64,000 bases of DNA, taken from the NCBI GenBank assembly GCA_951406725.2, contig OX597818.1:22320001-22384000 (forward strand). Direction: 5' to 3'. The position numbers were made by a program, and so were the translations under genes. The notes under the pieces are model-generated. The model saw only the letters and a program-made list of their open reading frames with translations, had not been told where the DNA came from and made no database searches. The stretch is from Octopus vulgaris. Taxonomy: Eukaryota. Position 1 is the stretch's first letter, and every line of letters begins with the position of its first letter. Of the stretch, positions 1 through 13,780 are shown piece after piece.

Positions 1-549
1 GTGCTGTGGGGTTGAACCAAGGGACATTATGATAGTGAAGTAAACTTCTTGACCACTTAATCACACCTACATTTCTGCTTGGGCAATTCAACAAACTCAG
101 ACTGCATGACCAATAAAGCCCTGTCTTTTGTGTGGCTAAAGAAAACAGGTGTTATTATTTGTCTCCAAGTCACTTCTGATTGAGCAGATTTATGATCAGA
201 TATTCCAGCTGTGACATTCCTGTTACTTTTCATGCATAGAGCCATCAAGGGAGTTAAATCTACATTTTTAGACTAACAAAGCAGGCACTATATTGTTGCT
301 CAATTTATTAGAAATAGAAGCGAAATCTTCTTGAAATCATATCTTAGTGTTTATTTTTCACCTCATCCTGTATTGTAATATTTGTGCATGTATCTTCTTA
401 ATGGAATTGGATTTAGTAAATTCTTATCAATGATCGATTTCAACCATCTTATCCCTAAGACTGGTAAAGGTAGTTGACAAAAACAGTATTATATTTTTCC
501 TGCAGGGCTTCAGTCATAGTTGAAAGATGTTGTTATTATGTAGGGAGAT

Positions 550-965
550 AGACCAGCAGAATTGTTAGTGTTGAACAAAGTGTTTTGTGGTGTTTAGTTG
601 CATCTCTTTATGTTCTCAGTTCAAATCTCACTGAGATCGGCTTTGCCTTTTATCCATCTGGGTTTGATAAGTCCCAATCAATTACTGAAGAAATTTTCAT
701 TGATTATACTCCCCATCAAAAATAAAATTTGTGGTCTAATATGTGAAAATCGTTATTTCTTGGTGAATTTAGGTTGGTGGATTGGTAGAATCATTAGAAC
801 ACTGGATAAAATGCCTTGCAATTTTTAATTATTGCTCTTCAAATCATTCTGAAGTTTCCTTTGCTTTTCATCTTTCTGGGGTCAATAAACTAAAATACCA
901 GTCAAGTACTGGGTTGATAGTATTGGCTATTCCCTCTAAATATGCTACAAACAATCATTATTACT
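550..965 (+). mobile_element. Two decayed tandem copies of a tRNA-derived SINE (same family as the 31877-32995 cluster)
   Basis: Motifs gcagaattgttag / gttcaaatc / ttgccttttatcc / gataa...tacca match the better-preserved copy at 32086-32290. Confidence 0.65.
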
Positions 966-1113
966 AGAAATCTCTCATTGTTTGGCTTACCACAGTCCTG
1001 TCAAATGAAACTTGTTAATTCTTTACACATTCTTTTAATACTATTTAGATCTAAAAAAAAACCCTGTTTTTTTTCCTCTGTCATTTCTAACTAATAATAA
1101 ATAATATGTATTT

Positions 1114-1560
1114 AGGGTGCAGGTATAGCTGTGTCAAGAAATTTGTTTCCCCAACCACATACTTCCAAGTTCAGTCCGACCACACAGCACATTAGTCAAG
1201 TGTCTTCTACTATTCTACTATAGTCCTGAGTTGACCAAAGCCTTATAAATAAATCTAGTATATGGATACTGAAAGAAGCTTGTCATAAATATATATTTGT
1301 GTGCACATGGGTGAGTGTGTGTGTTTGTGTTTCCTTGCCATGACATTGCAAGATAATTGTGAATGAGTATCACCATCTTAAAAATAGTGTTGATTGTTTC
1401 CAACTTTCCAAGAAAAGCATGTCTGAAAATGGGGAAATATTACCTTGCTTGTTAAAAGATAAGGGTTGGCAAGAGGAAGGGCATCTAGCCATAAAAAATG
1501 TGCTGTAACAGATTTCATCTCATTCATGCAAGCAAGGATAAGTTGACATCAAAGTTATGA
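1114..1560 (+). mobile_element. Decayed second-family tRNA-derived SINE with downstream tail
   Basis: gctgtgt...aagaa...ccaaccacat...gttcagtcc...caagtgtcttctactat...ccaaagcctt...ctgaaagaagc; the same motifs recur at about 2340-2730 and 3393-3540. Confidence 0.6.
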
Positions 1561-2339
1561 TGATATATATACACACACACACTTTAAGTTTTATATTTTA
1601 GACTTGCATTACTGCATGTTACTGTTTTTCCCCATAACTAAGATTTTATTATTAATCTCATAATAAAATCTTAGTCATGTGACAAAATGACAAAAGACCA
1701 AGATACCCAGTGCCTTGCTGTACTCAAGAAGATCCATTCTCCACTGCAGAAATGTTAAGGCTAGTGAAGAAGATTGTGTTGTGAGAATCCTGTGCCAGTG
1801 CCATGTTAAAAGCACCCAGCACACACTCTAAAATGGTTGGCATTAGGAAGGACATCAAGCCATAGAAAGCAAGCCATATCAGACTGGAACTTGGTGCAGC
1901 TTGCCAGCTCTGGTCAAACCATCCAATCCTTGCCAGCAGGGATGTTAAAAGGATGATGATGATAATGTGAAATGCAGTAATATAAAACTCAGTATAAAAT
2001 GTCCATCTTTAATTTTTTAATACTAACTCAAGGTGAATATATTGGGAAATTCTGTCTTAATTTGTGTGTGTGTATGTATAGTTACACACACGCACACACA
2101 TATATATACTCACACATACACAAAGCGTACCATCTCCAGGCAAGGCTTGTTCTTTTCCTTAATGGCATGCCAACTTTGGAGAATTTCATTATTATTGAGA
2201 TTATCTCCCCTTCTCACCTGAAGCTGCTCTTAATTGCCATTTGGTGATTATGATACATCCTCTAGTGACAGAAGTAATTTTAATAAGTCAAGAATTTGTT
2301 GTAGAGTAGTTGATACAGCTACCTGTATTTGTTTATACA

Positions 2340-2735
2340 TGCACACCACATGGCTTTTTGTTCAGTGTTTCTCTTCCTGACACCTTGAGCAAGTGTCTTT
2401 TACTATCAAAGCCTCAAGGAGTGGATTTGGTTGGTGGAAACTGAAAGAAGCATATTGTGTATATAATATGTAAATGTGTGTGTTAGTATATTCTTTTCTT
2501 GACGTCCACATTGATCGTAATTGAATGTCACCTTTGTACAAGCAGTGTTGTTTGCTTGCAATCCTCTATATTGTTTGTGTTCAAAGGAATAGGGGAAATA
2601 CAACTTTACTTGGAGACAGGTGAAGGTTGGCAACTGGAAGAGCATCCAGCCATAGAAAATCTACCTCAGTGAATTTCGTTTGACCTGTGCGAATATGGAA
2701 AAGTTGATGTTAAATTAATGATGATAAGGGATGAT
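2340..2735 (+). mobile_element. Decayed second-family SINE copy
   Basis: caccttgagcaagtgtcttttactat...gtggatttggttggtggaaactgaaagaagc...aggttggcaactggaagagcatccagccatagaaaatc, similar to 1114-1560. Confidence 0.6.
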
Positions 2736-3979
2736 GCTGATATGTGTGTATATGTATTTATGTTTCCACTACTATTATTGTTGTTTATGCTGTGTCCTTT
2801 TATGTCCTGTATCTTAGTGGATTGACAAATGTTATTGATAGATATTTCTTATACAGAAATAAGCATTAAGGTTGATATGATTGGCTAAACCTTTGATGAC
2901 ACATCCTCAGTATGACCATAGTCCATTGACTGAAATGAATGAAAGAATAAAAGAATATACATACATTCCATAGCATCTCACTCTGTCTACACACACATGC
3001 AGCCACACACACAAACATAAGTATCTGACTAACTTTCTTTCACTCTGTCTCTCTCCCTTTATGTATACACACATACACATAACACTACATAAATGTACAT
3101 TTGTGTGTTTGTGTATATATAAATATGAAACGAGAGCAGAGACATCAAAATGTAGCCCTTTTCTTTATCATCACTGGTTTTCTGTCTACTTTTCCCTTGT
3201 GACATAAGCTGAATAGTTCTAAAAGACAGCAGCTTTGCTTGCATCTTGTTGCTGGTCCTGCATCTTTCTTGTATTGAATGAAGTTTCGATTGAGATGGGC
3301 TTTTGTTGTTGTTTGTTTAATGAGTTGATACTCTTGCTATTGTCAATCAGAACATTTAAACAGATGAATTAGTAATTTGATAAAGACAATATAGGTGTGG
3401 ACATGGCCATGTAGTTAAGAACTTCTGTTTTGACCCTTCTACATGGCACCTTGGGCAAATTCTTTTCTACTGTGTAATCTCAGGTTGAACACGAGTGAAT
3501 GAAATTTGGTTGCCAGAAAATGAAGGTAAACTGTCAAAGGAAGCTTTCCTATTTTGAGATGGTAGACTTAATTGCTGCCAAGTTGAAACAGTCACCTGGT
3601 CCAAGAGTGTCTTTGGTATTGTTCACTCTGTTGCAAGCATTCAAGTGAGATTTTAAGTCTGAACATGACTTCTTTCTATGAGTCTTAGGGGTGAGGGTCT
3701 TGCAAAGGGTCAAGGGCACTGCCTTTTCAACTCTGACTAAGCTATAAGAATATATGAATAAATATAAAACGCACTAATGCTATCAGCTAACTGCCATCTT
3801 AACAAACTAACTTCAAATTCTTTTACATGCAAAGTTCACAGTGAACCACCTACTCTTCAGATATTCTTGGTTTTGGTGAAAGTAATTATATAGAAAATGC
3901 AAAAACTGGTGTCTGAAATATTGTCATCAAACTTCAGTGAATTGAACTTAAATTATTCCCAATTGTAATTGTTATTCTT

Positions 3980-5060
3980 AGATTGGTGGACAGTAGAATT
4001 GGTAGATTACCTGACAAAATACTTTGTGATATTTATTTTCTGTTAATTTTACATTCTAATTTGAAATACTGTTGAGTTTAATTTTGCTTTTCACTCTTTT
4101 GAAAGTGATGATATAAAAACCAGTCATATAATGGAGTTGACTCAGTTCACTATACTCTTTTCTCTTGAATGTTGTGAATTTGTGCCTGTGTCATCACTGT
4201 TATTATTATTGAACTGACAGAACCTTTAGCATGCTGGGCAAAATTGCTTTTCTTACTTTTGAGATTGATAAAATAAGTACCAGTTGAGCACTGATTCAAT
4301 GTAATTAACTGACTTAATACCTCTCCTGAGCTTGCTGGCTCTGTGCCAAAATTTGAAACCATTATTATTAAGGCGGCAAGCTGGCTGAATCGTTAGCATG
4401 CTAGACAAAATACTTAGCAGTATTTCATCCATCTTTATGTTCAAATTCCGCTGAGGCTGACTAAGGCTTTGCCTTTCATCCTTTCAGGCTTGATAAAATA
4501 AGTACCAGTTGAGCACTTGGGTCAGTGTAATTGACAAGCCCCCTTCCCCAAATTTCAGGCCTTGTGCCTATAATAGAAAGGGTTATTATTATTATCATTA
4601 TTATATAAGTGGATCTGTGGACTGATACAACTGGTGGAACACTGAACTAAATAATTTCAAGTATTTATATTTTATTATATCTGAGTTCAAATCTTCCCAG
4701 GGTTGATGTTACTCTTCAATCACCACCCTCTCTAGGATCAAGAAAAAAAACAAACTAGTTAGTAACTATAGGTGGCTGCATAAATCATCCCCTTCCTGAG
4801 TTTGTATATATGACTAGGACTGCAAATCATCATCATCATCATTATCATTAGAAAGTTGATAACAAGGCAGAATCAGTATAATGGAGGGCAAAATACTTTG
4901 CAGTATTTTGTTATGTTCCTTTACATCTTGGTTTCAAATCCAGTTGGAGACAACTTTTACTTTTCATTCCTCTTGGGAGCTGGGTTGATAAAATAGATAT
5001 CAGTTATATGTTGGGGTTTGATTCAATCAGCTATACACACAAATTTGTGCACTTATGCCA
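3980..5060 (+). mobile_element. Tandem cluster of about 5 tRNA-derived SINE copies (best copy 4371-4590)
   Basis: Repeated ggcggcaagctggctgaatcgttagc (A-box-like), gttcaaattcc (B-box), ttgcctttcatcc and gataaaataagtaccagttgagcact. Confidence 0.75.
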
Positions 5061-5236
5061 ATGTAATAAATTATTATCATTATTATTTATTTATTTATTC
5101 TCTTTATTATCACTCTTTCTAATTCGGTGTAAAATAAATAAATTAATTAAAAAAAAAAAACAGAATATTAACAAAACATTAATAAAACAAAAAGTAACAT
5201 TATTTATTTAATTTTTAGCGTGCTGATTTAATAAAG

Positions 5237-5274
<38 letters not shown>

Positions 5275-5599
5275 AATTTATGTAATATTTATAGATATTT
5301 ATAGATAACACTCCGCTACATTCACAGCTATTCTGCAGCCTTATTTAAAACTTCAATTTAATCACTTGAAAATGAAAAATAATAAGTGTCTAAGCCACAA
5401 CAGAAGGGGCACAAACATGTTTATAGTATAAAATTCTAAATACAGTAATATATATTATAATGTAGTATGTATATTTCAAATGCAGCAACCACAGTTGCTA
5501 GCAGCACGCTAAAGGTTAATTTTTTTTTTTAAAGCTATATATAAATATATGTATATATTTATATAGCAAATTTACTTTACATTAATGTTCTTTTCCACG

Positions 5600-5630
5600 T
5601 AGAAATTCTTTAATGTTCATCTTGTTTTAG
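5600..5630 (+). promoter_or_regulatory. Candidate 3' splice acceptor for an upstream (5'UTR) exon of the first zinc-finger gene; alternative candidate at 6545-6568
   Basis: Pyrimidine-rich tract ending cttgttttAG|G. Inference only, no transcript data. Confidence 0.3.
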
Positions 5631-7210
5631 GTTGGAATTCCTTCCTGGTTGGTCGGTCAGGTCAGTGGCTGCTGTTTGATTGGTTGATTTATAAAACAAA
5701 AGTGGAAAACAACAAACACAAAAAAAAAAGAATAAACAAAATAACTCTCACCAATGCGGCTCAAGGAATTTTAAAAAAATACATAAACTATTCAAAAAAA
5801 AAAAGCCAAATATTTGTGTGTTTCTTTGCTGATGTCACAAATTTAAAACTTAGAAGAAGATACATACATACACATATATATATATAAAAATACTCACCGA
5901 CAAAAACACACACTTTTGCTTGGCCATCTAGCTGAAATGTTCATCTGTTGCAAATTTTAGTTGGGGGCTACATGTTCTCTCTCTTTTTTCGTCTGCAAAA
6001 CCTGACATCCAGCTGCACTGTTGTAATGTGCTTCCATCATAGTACCAACTTTGAATAAATATATACTCATGCACAAATATATAGATATTTGTATATATAT
6101 ATGACACACGCAAACTTAAAAAAATTTTGAGAAGTATTCCTTGAATACATGCACACGCACATATATATATTTACATACACAAACTTTATCACCATCATTC
6201 TTCAGAACTATTCTTTGATTGCTCTTGCTGTTTCTGCTCTCTTGATTCTACAACAGCCCAAGATCACACCCGCTTGTTCCTATTTTCCAAACTACCATCT
6301 CTATAAGTTTCAAATAAGCAGCCCTAATTCCACACTGTTCACTTATAGTACTTTAATTTTGTCATCACTGAGAAGCCAAATTTAATTCAATAATAAATAT
6401 AATAATAATGATAATTTAAAACACAAGCACACACACACACATATTACTTGGGGTTTGATCTATATATTATTTTTGTCTGTGGATTTCTGGGGTTTTAAAT
6501 TTTGGTGTAACTGTCTGTGTGTTTGATGTAAAAAAAAAATTCCATTGATTTATTTTCTGGTTTTGTAGGATACCCCTATCTTGTCCCCTCAACTAACATT
6601 TCACAAGAAAAGACGGCACTTAATATTTTTCTCAGTTTTCTCCCTTCGCCTTTTAGCTCTTTATTTTTAAAAAATAATTCCTTTTTATGATTAGAATGTG
6701 AAAGTGTTACTTTTGATATATATATCAAAACAATCTGTGATAATCTTGTACTGATTGTGTGTGGTATTTTACATATATGTATATAATTTTGAGCATAACT
6801 TGTGTGGTTAAGCATCATACGTACAAGGATAGATACCTTTCTTACTCTTTCAATGCTAGACAAATTGAAAGCTAAGTATTAATTACTTTCTTAAGGGACC
6901 CATAACTTTTCCAAAACATTGAAAGTTTAACTGAACTTGATCATATTTTTTTCCTTTCTCCCTTTACTCCTATTCCCACATGATGTATTAGAAACGAACA
7001 GGAACAAAGTTAACTAATCTCCATGTTATTTATGTCAAATTCAGGGGTTTTATTTAACCTCCAAATTGAAATGTTAAAATTGATGAAATGTCTAAATATC
7101 ATGAAAGCAAGGACCCTCCTGAATGCGGAGTTGCCAGTTAAGAGCAGTCACTTGCTACTGAGAACCTTGAACATTGAAAGAAGTGGTCTTTGAATATCTG
7201 GTGAGAAAGG

Positions 7211-9205
7211 ATGCATTCCGTTGAAAAATTGCCAGTTTTGCCATCGATACTATCTCATTCGATAGAAAAACTGCCAGTTCTCTCAGCAGCAATGCCGTTC
7301 CAGGCAGATGGAAATACTCTTGCAAATGTCCCCAAATCTCCTGGCATTGAGTCTTTTCTTTTTGAAAACCAAGAATTTAACAACCCTAATAATAATGATA
7401 ATATCAGCAGCAGCAGCAACAACAACAATAACAACAACAACAACAGTGATAATATTAACAACAACAACGGGAAAGTAGAACAGTCTACTATTTTAAATGA
7501 AACCACTACCAACAGTTGTGGTGAAAATGACCAAAGTAACATTAAAGATAATGATGACAACAACAACAACAGTAGCAACAACAGCAACAACCACAACAGA
7601 AGTAGTAGTGGCAATGGTTCTGGAATGTTTGAGTGTAAATTCTGTTTGAAGCATTTCTCTCATTCTGGTCATTTCAATGAACACCTTCGAACACACACTG
7701 GTGTTAAGCCATACCAGTGTAAGTTTTGTCCCAAGACATTTTCACAAAGTGGTCACTTAACAATTCACTTGAGAACTCATACAGGAGAGAGGCCATTTGT
7801 ATGTAGTTACTGTCAAAAATCGTTTTCCCAGTCAGGCACGCTTTCATCTCATCTACGAATTCACACCGAAGAGAAGCCGTACGAATGCCCTTACTGTCTC
7901 AAACTGTTCTCACGAACGAGTTACTTAATAACACATCTGCGAGTCCACACTGAAGAGAAGCCATTTGAATGCAAGTTCTGTCAAAAAAGATTTTCTCAAA
8001 GCGGGCATTTGAATGGTCACTTGAAGATTCATACTGGAGAGAAACCTTACACTTGTGATTTCTGCCAAAAGTCCTTCTCATTATCAGGCAACTTGACGAA
8101 GCACTTGAGAATTCACACTGGGGAACGTCCGTATGAATGTGACTTCTGCCAAAAGTCCTTCTCTCAGTCAAACTCACTAGTTGTTCATCTTCGTATACAT
8201 ACTGGAGAAAAGCCATTTGAATGTCAATATTGTTTGAAAACTTTCTCGCGTGCTAACTATCTCTCCACTCACATGACTGTTCACACTCGAGAGAAACATT
8301 ACGAGTGTACTCATTGCAAGAAAACATTTGCCCAGGCCAGTCATTTAAAAGAACATATAAAAGTTCACACTGGAGAAAGACCATACACATGTTCAGTGTG
8401 CAAGAAAACATTTGCACAATCCGGGAACTTGACGAAACATATGAGAGTTCATTCTGGTGAGAGGCCGTACCAATGTCCTTACTGTCCTGAGGATCGCAAA
8501 AAATGTTTTTCTCAGTCTTATAGCTTGACCACTCACTTAAGGCAACAGCATGGGGCTGTAGTTGACATCAATGTTGATGTAATTGGGCCCCTGGCAAACA
8601 AATGCAATGCTTCTGATAGAAATGGATGCAGTAGCCACACTATTGTTGCTGGCAGCTGCACACCAGCAAATACAACTAGGATGTTTAAGTGCAATTTCTG
8701 TGGCAAAGAATTTCTCCGTTCTAGTCAGCTCTGGACACATGTAAAAGCTCATTCAATGACAGACCAGCCAGTGAATCCACTCAGTAAGACGACGACCAAT
8801 ACTGAGCCAACCACCACTGAGAGTGTTGTGAGCCACAATAACAGCGGACTGCTGTTTCCAACTTCTTTGTCTCTTTTGTCACCATCTCCTTCACTGGGTG
8901 GTACTGAGTTCAGTTCTGCTCTCATGACAATGTCCGACATGATGGCAAGCCCCTTTGGAGGGTTAGCTTCCAGCATGGGCAGTTCGTCTAATACTGAACC
9001 AACGTCAGGAGGTGGAGAAGGTAGCCGGGAAGATATTGAAGCTGCACTTGATTCAATTGAGAAAGATTGCAGTAAAACGAAAACTGAGAAACCATATTCC
9101 AAGGAGAAGTTGATGGCTGTGATGGAATTAACTCCGACTGAAAAACCATTAGATACCAATTTAGATACAGAACTCTTAACTCCAGCACCACTTAACCTTG
9201 GTTAA
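7211..9205 (+). CDS. C2H2 (Kruppel-type) multi-zinc-finger protein, 664 aa, uninterrupted ORF; poly-Asn N-terminus, 11 tandem fingers plus 1 isolated finger, Ser/Thr-rich tail
   Basis: Long ORF with repeated CxxC-x12-HxxxH units joined by TGEKP/TGERP linkers (FECKFC...HLRTH through YQCPYC...HLRQQH, plus FKCNFC...HVKAH). No KRAB, BTB or SCAN domain recognised. Confidence 0.93.
   Translation: MHSVEKLPVLPSILSHSIEKLPVLSAAMPFQADGNTLANVPKSPGIESFLFENQEFNNPNNNDNISSSSNNNNNNNNNSDNINNNNGKVEQSTILNETTTNSCGENDQSNIKDNDDNNNNSSNNSNNHNRSSSGNGSGMFECKFCLKHFSHSGHFNEHLRTHTGVKPYQCKFCPKTFSQSGHLTIHLRTHTGERPFVCSYCQKSFSQSGTLSSHLRIHTEEKPYECPYCLKLFSRTSYLITHLRVHTEEKPFECKFCQKRFSQSGHLNGHLKIHTGEKPYTCDFCQKSFSLSGNLTKHLRIHTGERPYECDFCQKSFSQSNSLVVHLRIHTGEKPFECQYCLKTFSRANYLSTHMTVHTREKHYECTHCKKTFAQASHLKEHIKVHTGERPYTCSVCKKTFAQSGNLTKHMRVHSGERPYQCPYCPEDRKKCFSQSYSLTTHLRQQHGAVVDINVDVIGPLANKCNASDRNGCSSHTIVAGSCTPANTTRMFKCNFCGKEFLRSSQLWTHVKAHSMTDQPVNPLSKTTTNTEPTTTESVVSHNNSGLLFPTSLSLLSPSPSLGGTEFSSALMTMSDMMASPFGGLASSMGSSSNTEPTSGGGEGSREDIEAALDSIEKDCSKTKTEKPYSKEKLMAVMELTPTEKPLDTNLDTELLTPAPLNLG
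7380..7600 (+). repeat. (AAC/AAT/AGC)n coding trinucleotide repeats giving poly-Asn/Ser
   Basis: Directly visible aacaacaac runs inside the ORF. Confidence 0.9.
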
Positions 9206-9213
9206 AACATCTA

Positions 9214-9244
<31 letters not shown>

Positions 9245-10096
9245 GTAAATTTAGACCAGGTGTCAATCACATTATGTGTGTAATAATTGAAGCTTAGATA
9301 TATGTGGTACCAATTCGGAAGTGGCTTGGGTAAAGGAAAGAAGAAAGAAAGGAAAAACAAAATATAAAAACATATTGACTCATCAAATCACACTGATTAT
9401 TTTCTTTATTAACAAGGTAGTCTGGAGGGTGTTCACTCTCTGTATAATTGATACTGTTTACAAAATGGTACTTCATAAATTGGAATATCCTTTTTTTTTT
9501 CCTCCTAACACTAATCTTCGTATCTTTTGAACTCACAAACACCATCAGTTATGATAATGAAGTTTCACAAACACGTACTTATCTGTCACACACACACACA
9601 CACGAACACACACACATACACACTTATCAGTGGTTTATACTAAAGCTTTGTCATCGGAAATTTAAACAAACTTTGCTTTATAAAAACAGGAGAATATAAA
9701 TCAAGAAAAGGAAAATCATGATATGAGACAAAATTTACAAACCCCACTCCCTAAAAAAAACAAAACAAAAAAGAAAAAAAATCACGTTTGCAAATTCTTC
9801 ATTGTGTAAGAACTGTGTTGGAACTACTTGCTTGAACTATGTTTATTTCATGCATTATACTGCGACTATTCCTTTGTTTCCACGGTCCGTTCCTTTTAGG
9901 GACCTCAAGTTCACTCTCTAACTCTGTTTTCAGCCTAGCTGAAATGGACTCAGAATGTTTGTAAAGAAAAAGGGAAAAACTGTCAGAAAGGAATGATCCT
10001 GTTATTTTTTTTCCATGTCTCTTTGAGCGATGTAAAACGGTGTAAGGGACGTAACTCCATTGGAATGATGTCAAGACCTCCGCTTTTTGTGCTTGT

Positions 10097-10513
10097 ATAT
10101 GCGTGTGTGTGTGCATGTATGTATATAGTATACACATGTATATATATGTGTATATATTTGTGTGTGTATATATATATATGTATATATATTGTATGCATAT
10201 ATTCTATATATATACACATATATTGTATATATGTATATATATATATACACATTATATATAAATATATATATATATATATTATATATGTCATCATATGCTT
10301 GTATTGTATATATATTATATATGCATGTATTATATATATGTATGCATATATTATATATATGCATGTATTATATATATGTATGCATATATTATATATATGC
10401 ATATATTATATGTATGCATATATTCTATATACATATATATTAAATATATGTATATATATATATACATATTAAATATATTATATGTATATATATATATATA
10501 CATATTAAATATA

Positions 10514-10556
<43 letters not shown>

Positions 10557-10675
10557 GCATATATTGTATATACATATATTGTTTGTATGTATATATATAT
10601 AAGCATATATTGTGTGTGTATATATATATCTTGCATATATTGTGTATATATATGTATATGCATATATTGCGTGTG

Positions 10676-10729
<54 letters not shown>

Positions 10730-11682
10730 TATATATGCATATATTATCTGTGTGTATATATATATGTATGTATATATTTTGTATATGTATGTATATATAT
10801 ACATATATTGTATTTATATATATTTGCATATATATATATTGTATCTATGTATATATACATGTTATATATATATGTATAATGTATATATGCATGTTATATG
10901 TATAATGTATATATGCATGTTATATATATATGTATAAATACATATTGTATATATATATATATATATATATATTGTGTATATATATATATACATATTGTAT
11001 ATGTATAAATACATATTGTATATATATATATATATATTGTGTATATATATATATACATATTGTATATGTATATATACATATTGCATATATAAATACATAT
11101 TGTATATATGTATATGTATATGTATATATTATATATATGTATATATACATATTGTATTCATGTATATATACATATTGTATACATGCATATATTCCTATTT
11201 TATAGCTGTATATATACATATTGGATATATATAGGCATATTGTATATATATATATTATATATATACACACACATATTGTATTTATGTATAAATACATATT
11301 GTATATATTTATATATACATATTGTACATATGTATATATACATATGTATATATGTATATATATATAGTGTATATATGTATAGCATGTATAGGTATATATA
11401 AACATATATGAATATGTATTGTGTTTATATGTGTATATGTATAGCGTATATGTGTTATATGTATAGTGTGTATATGTATGTATATTGTATACATGTATAT
11501 ATATAATGTATACATGTATATATAGTGTATATGTATATATATATATTGTGTATATGCATATATATATATATATAGTGTGTATATGTAGGTATATGAATAT
11601 GTAGTTAATATATGTCTATGTATGAATATATAGTGTATATATGTATGTATATATTATGTATATATGTATATAAATATATATG

Positions 11683-11721
<39 letters not shown>

Positions 11722-12074
11722 TGTTTAATATATCTGTAATTATATTGTATGTATATATACATATTTAATATATCTGCAATTATATATATATATATATATA
11801 TTTGTTTGTATGTATGTATGTATGTATGTATGTATGTATATATATATATATTGTAATATGCACAAATATATATATTGTGTATATGCACATATATATGTTG
11901 TGTATATGCACATATAGTATATATGCATGTATATACATATAGTATATATACATGCACATGTGTTGTATATATTGACATATATGTATTGTATATATGCATG
12001 TATATTGTATATATATGCATACATATTGTATATATAAGTATTCTGTATATATATATATATTGTATTTATGGAGA

Positions 12075-12114
<40 letters not shown>

Positions 12115-12425
12115 GAAATATACATGTATATATGCATGTTTTATATATGCATATATATTGTATAATGCATATATATATATAGTATATATATATCTTGTAG
12201 ATATGTACATACACACACACACACATATATCTATGTATTATGTATATTGTATATATGCACAGTCATATATATGTGTGTATATATTCACGTGTTTGTGTAT
12301 ATACATATATATTTTATATTTGCATATAGATATATGTACATGAATATATGCATAAGTGTGTGTACATGTGTGTTTGTGAGTGCATATATATATATATATG
12401 TATCCACACATATATATATATGTTT
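10097..12425. repeat. 2.3-kb complex (TA)/(TG)/(CA) microsatellite
   Basis: Continuous alternating purine-pyrimidine low-complexity sequence with recurring catatattgtatatat sub-units. Confidence 0.97.
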
Positions 12426-13724
12426 TGATAGGTTAAATAGCTGTAATGTGTGTCCTATAAGTTCTGTTAGATTGAATGTAAACTAAATGTTATTTCATAT
12501 TTTTAAAGATAAACATCTAAATATGAAAATATCCATTAATTCCATATACACTAGTTAGCAACATAAATTATTATTTATTATGCGCTATTCTTTTTAACAT
12601 TTCTTTTGACACTATAGTTCGAACATTTTGAGTAGTCACAAGTTTTGTATCATGAATTATCTGGTTTGCTATCTCTGTAATCCTGTAAAGCAACGTCTGT
12701 TAAAATAAGTGTTTAGTGTGTGTATGTGTGTACATATTTATGTGAGTGTAGGTATGGAAGTTGCGTGTGTGTGTATGTATATAATATCAAAGAGTTTTAT
12801 TTATTTATTTATGTTTTCTTGGTGTTCAGTTGAAATTATCAGCTGAAATAGAAAAAGAGAAATTATTTATTCAAATTTTCTTTGTCTATTCCTCACTTTC
12901 AAGCGCAAAAATGATTTCTTGAACAGGGATTGAGCAACTAGATTTGTTTGAGTAGCAAAGTGAAACCTGTTACATACAGGCCTGCATGCATCATCACACA
13001 ATACATAGACATATATCGAATAGGCACAAAGCAGGTAGATTTCTTTGTGTCTTGCTAAACGAAAGTTATCCACATGCATACATAAATAATATAAAGACCT
13101 TCAAATATGTATACCTATGAATAGGTAATTAAACATCTACATGCATGCACCAGCTCACAAACATTTATATGGATACTGCCACACATACATACTTAAGTAG
13201 AAGTGAAATTTTATATAAAACCATTCTGTGATTTGATTCATTTAACACATAAATTCCCCAAACAGTCTTACTTGTGTTATTCAGAAAAGTACTCTCACCC
13301 CTTATTAACTGTCAAACTCAAAGAAAGCACTATAAATGACATTTACAAATTTGTACCATATTTAGTTTTAAAAAAAAAAGTAACAACAAAAACATTTACC
13401 TTTAAATGGACTTTAATTAAGCTACATAGTAGCTTTAAGTCCTCATTAAGGTAACCCTTCAATCCCGGTTTGATTGACATTTTGAAGTCTCCTCACTTCA
13501 GTAGAGTAAGGGGTTAAGCTTCACAACATCCCATTTCCTCTGTCCCCTCGCCCCAAATATTTTTTTCTTTTTAAGCTTAATGTAAGAAACTATTACACTG
13601 CTTTTTTTTTTTTTTTGATTTATGTAATATTCTTTTACTGCTTTCAGTTGTTGGGACAGTGGCCACGAGAAGACACCATGCATACACACATAACTTTATA
13701 TGTGTGTGTGTGTGTAAATATATA

Positions 13725-13780
<56 letters not shown>

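Noticed and set aside
7255-7614. Poly-Leu ORF on the minus strand resembling a signal or transmembrane peptide
   Set aside because: Antisense shadow of the (AAC)n poly-Asn tract in the zinc-finger gene.
9983-12486. Many overlapping 60-190 aa Tyr/Ile/Cys-rich ORFs on both strands
   Set aside because: Translation artefacts of the (TA)n-type microsatellite, which happens to lack stop codons.
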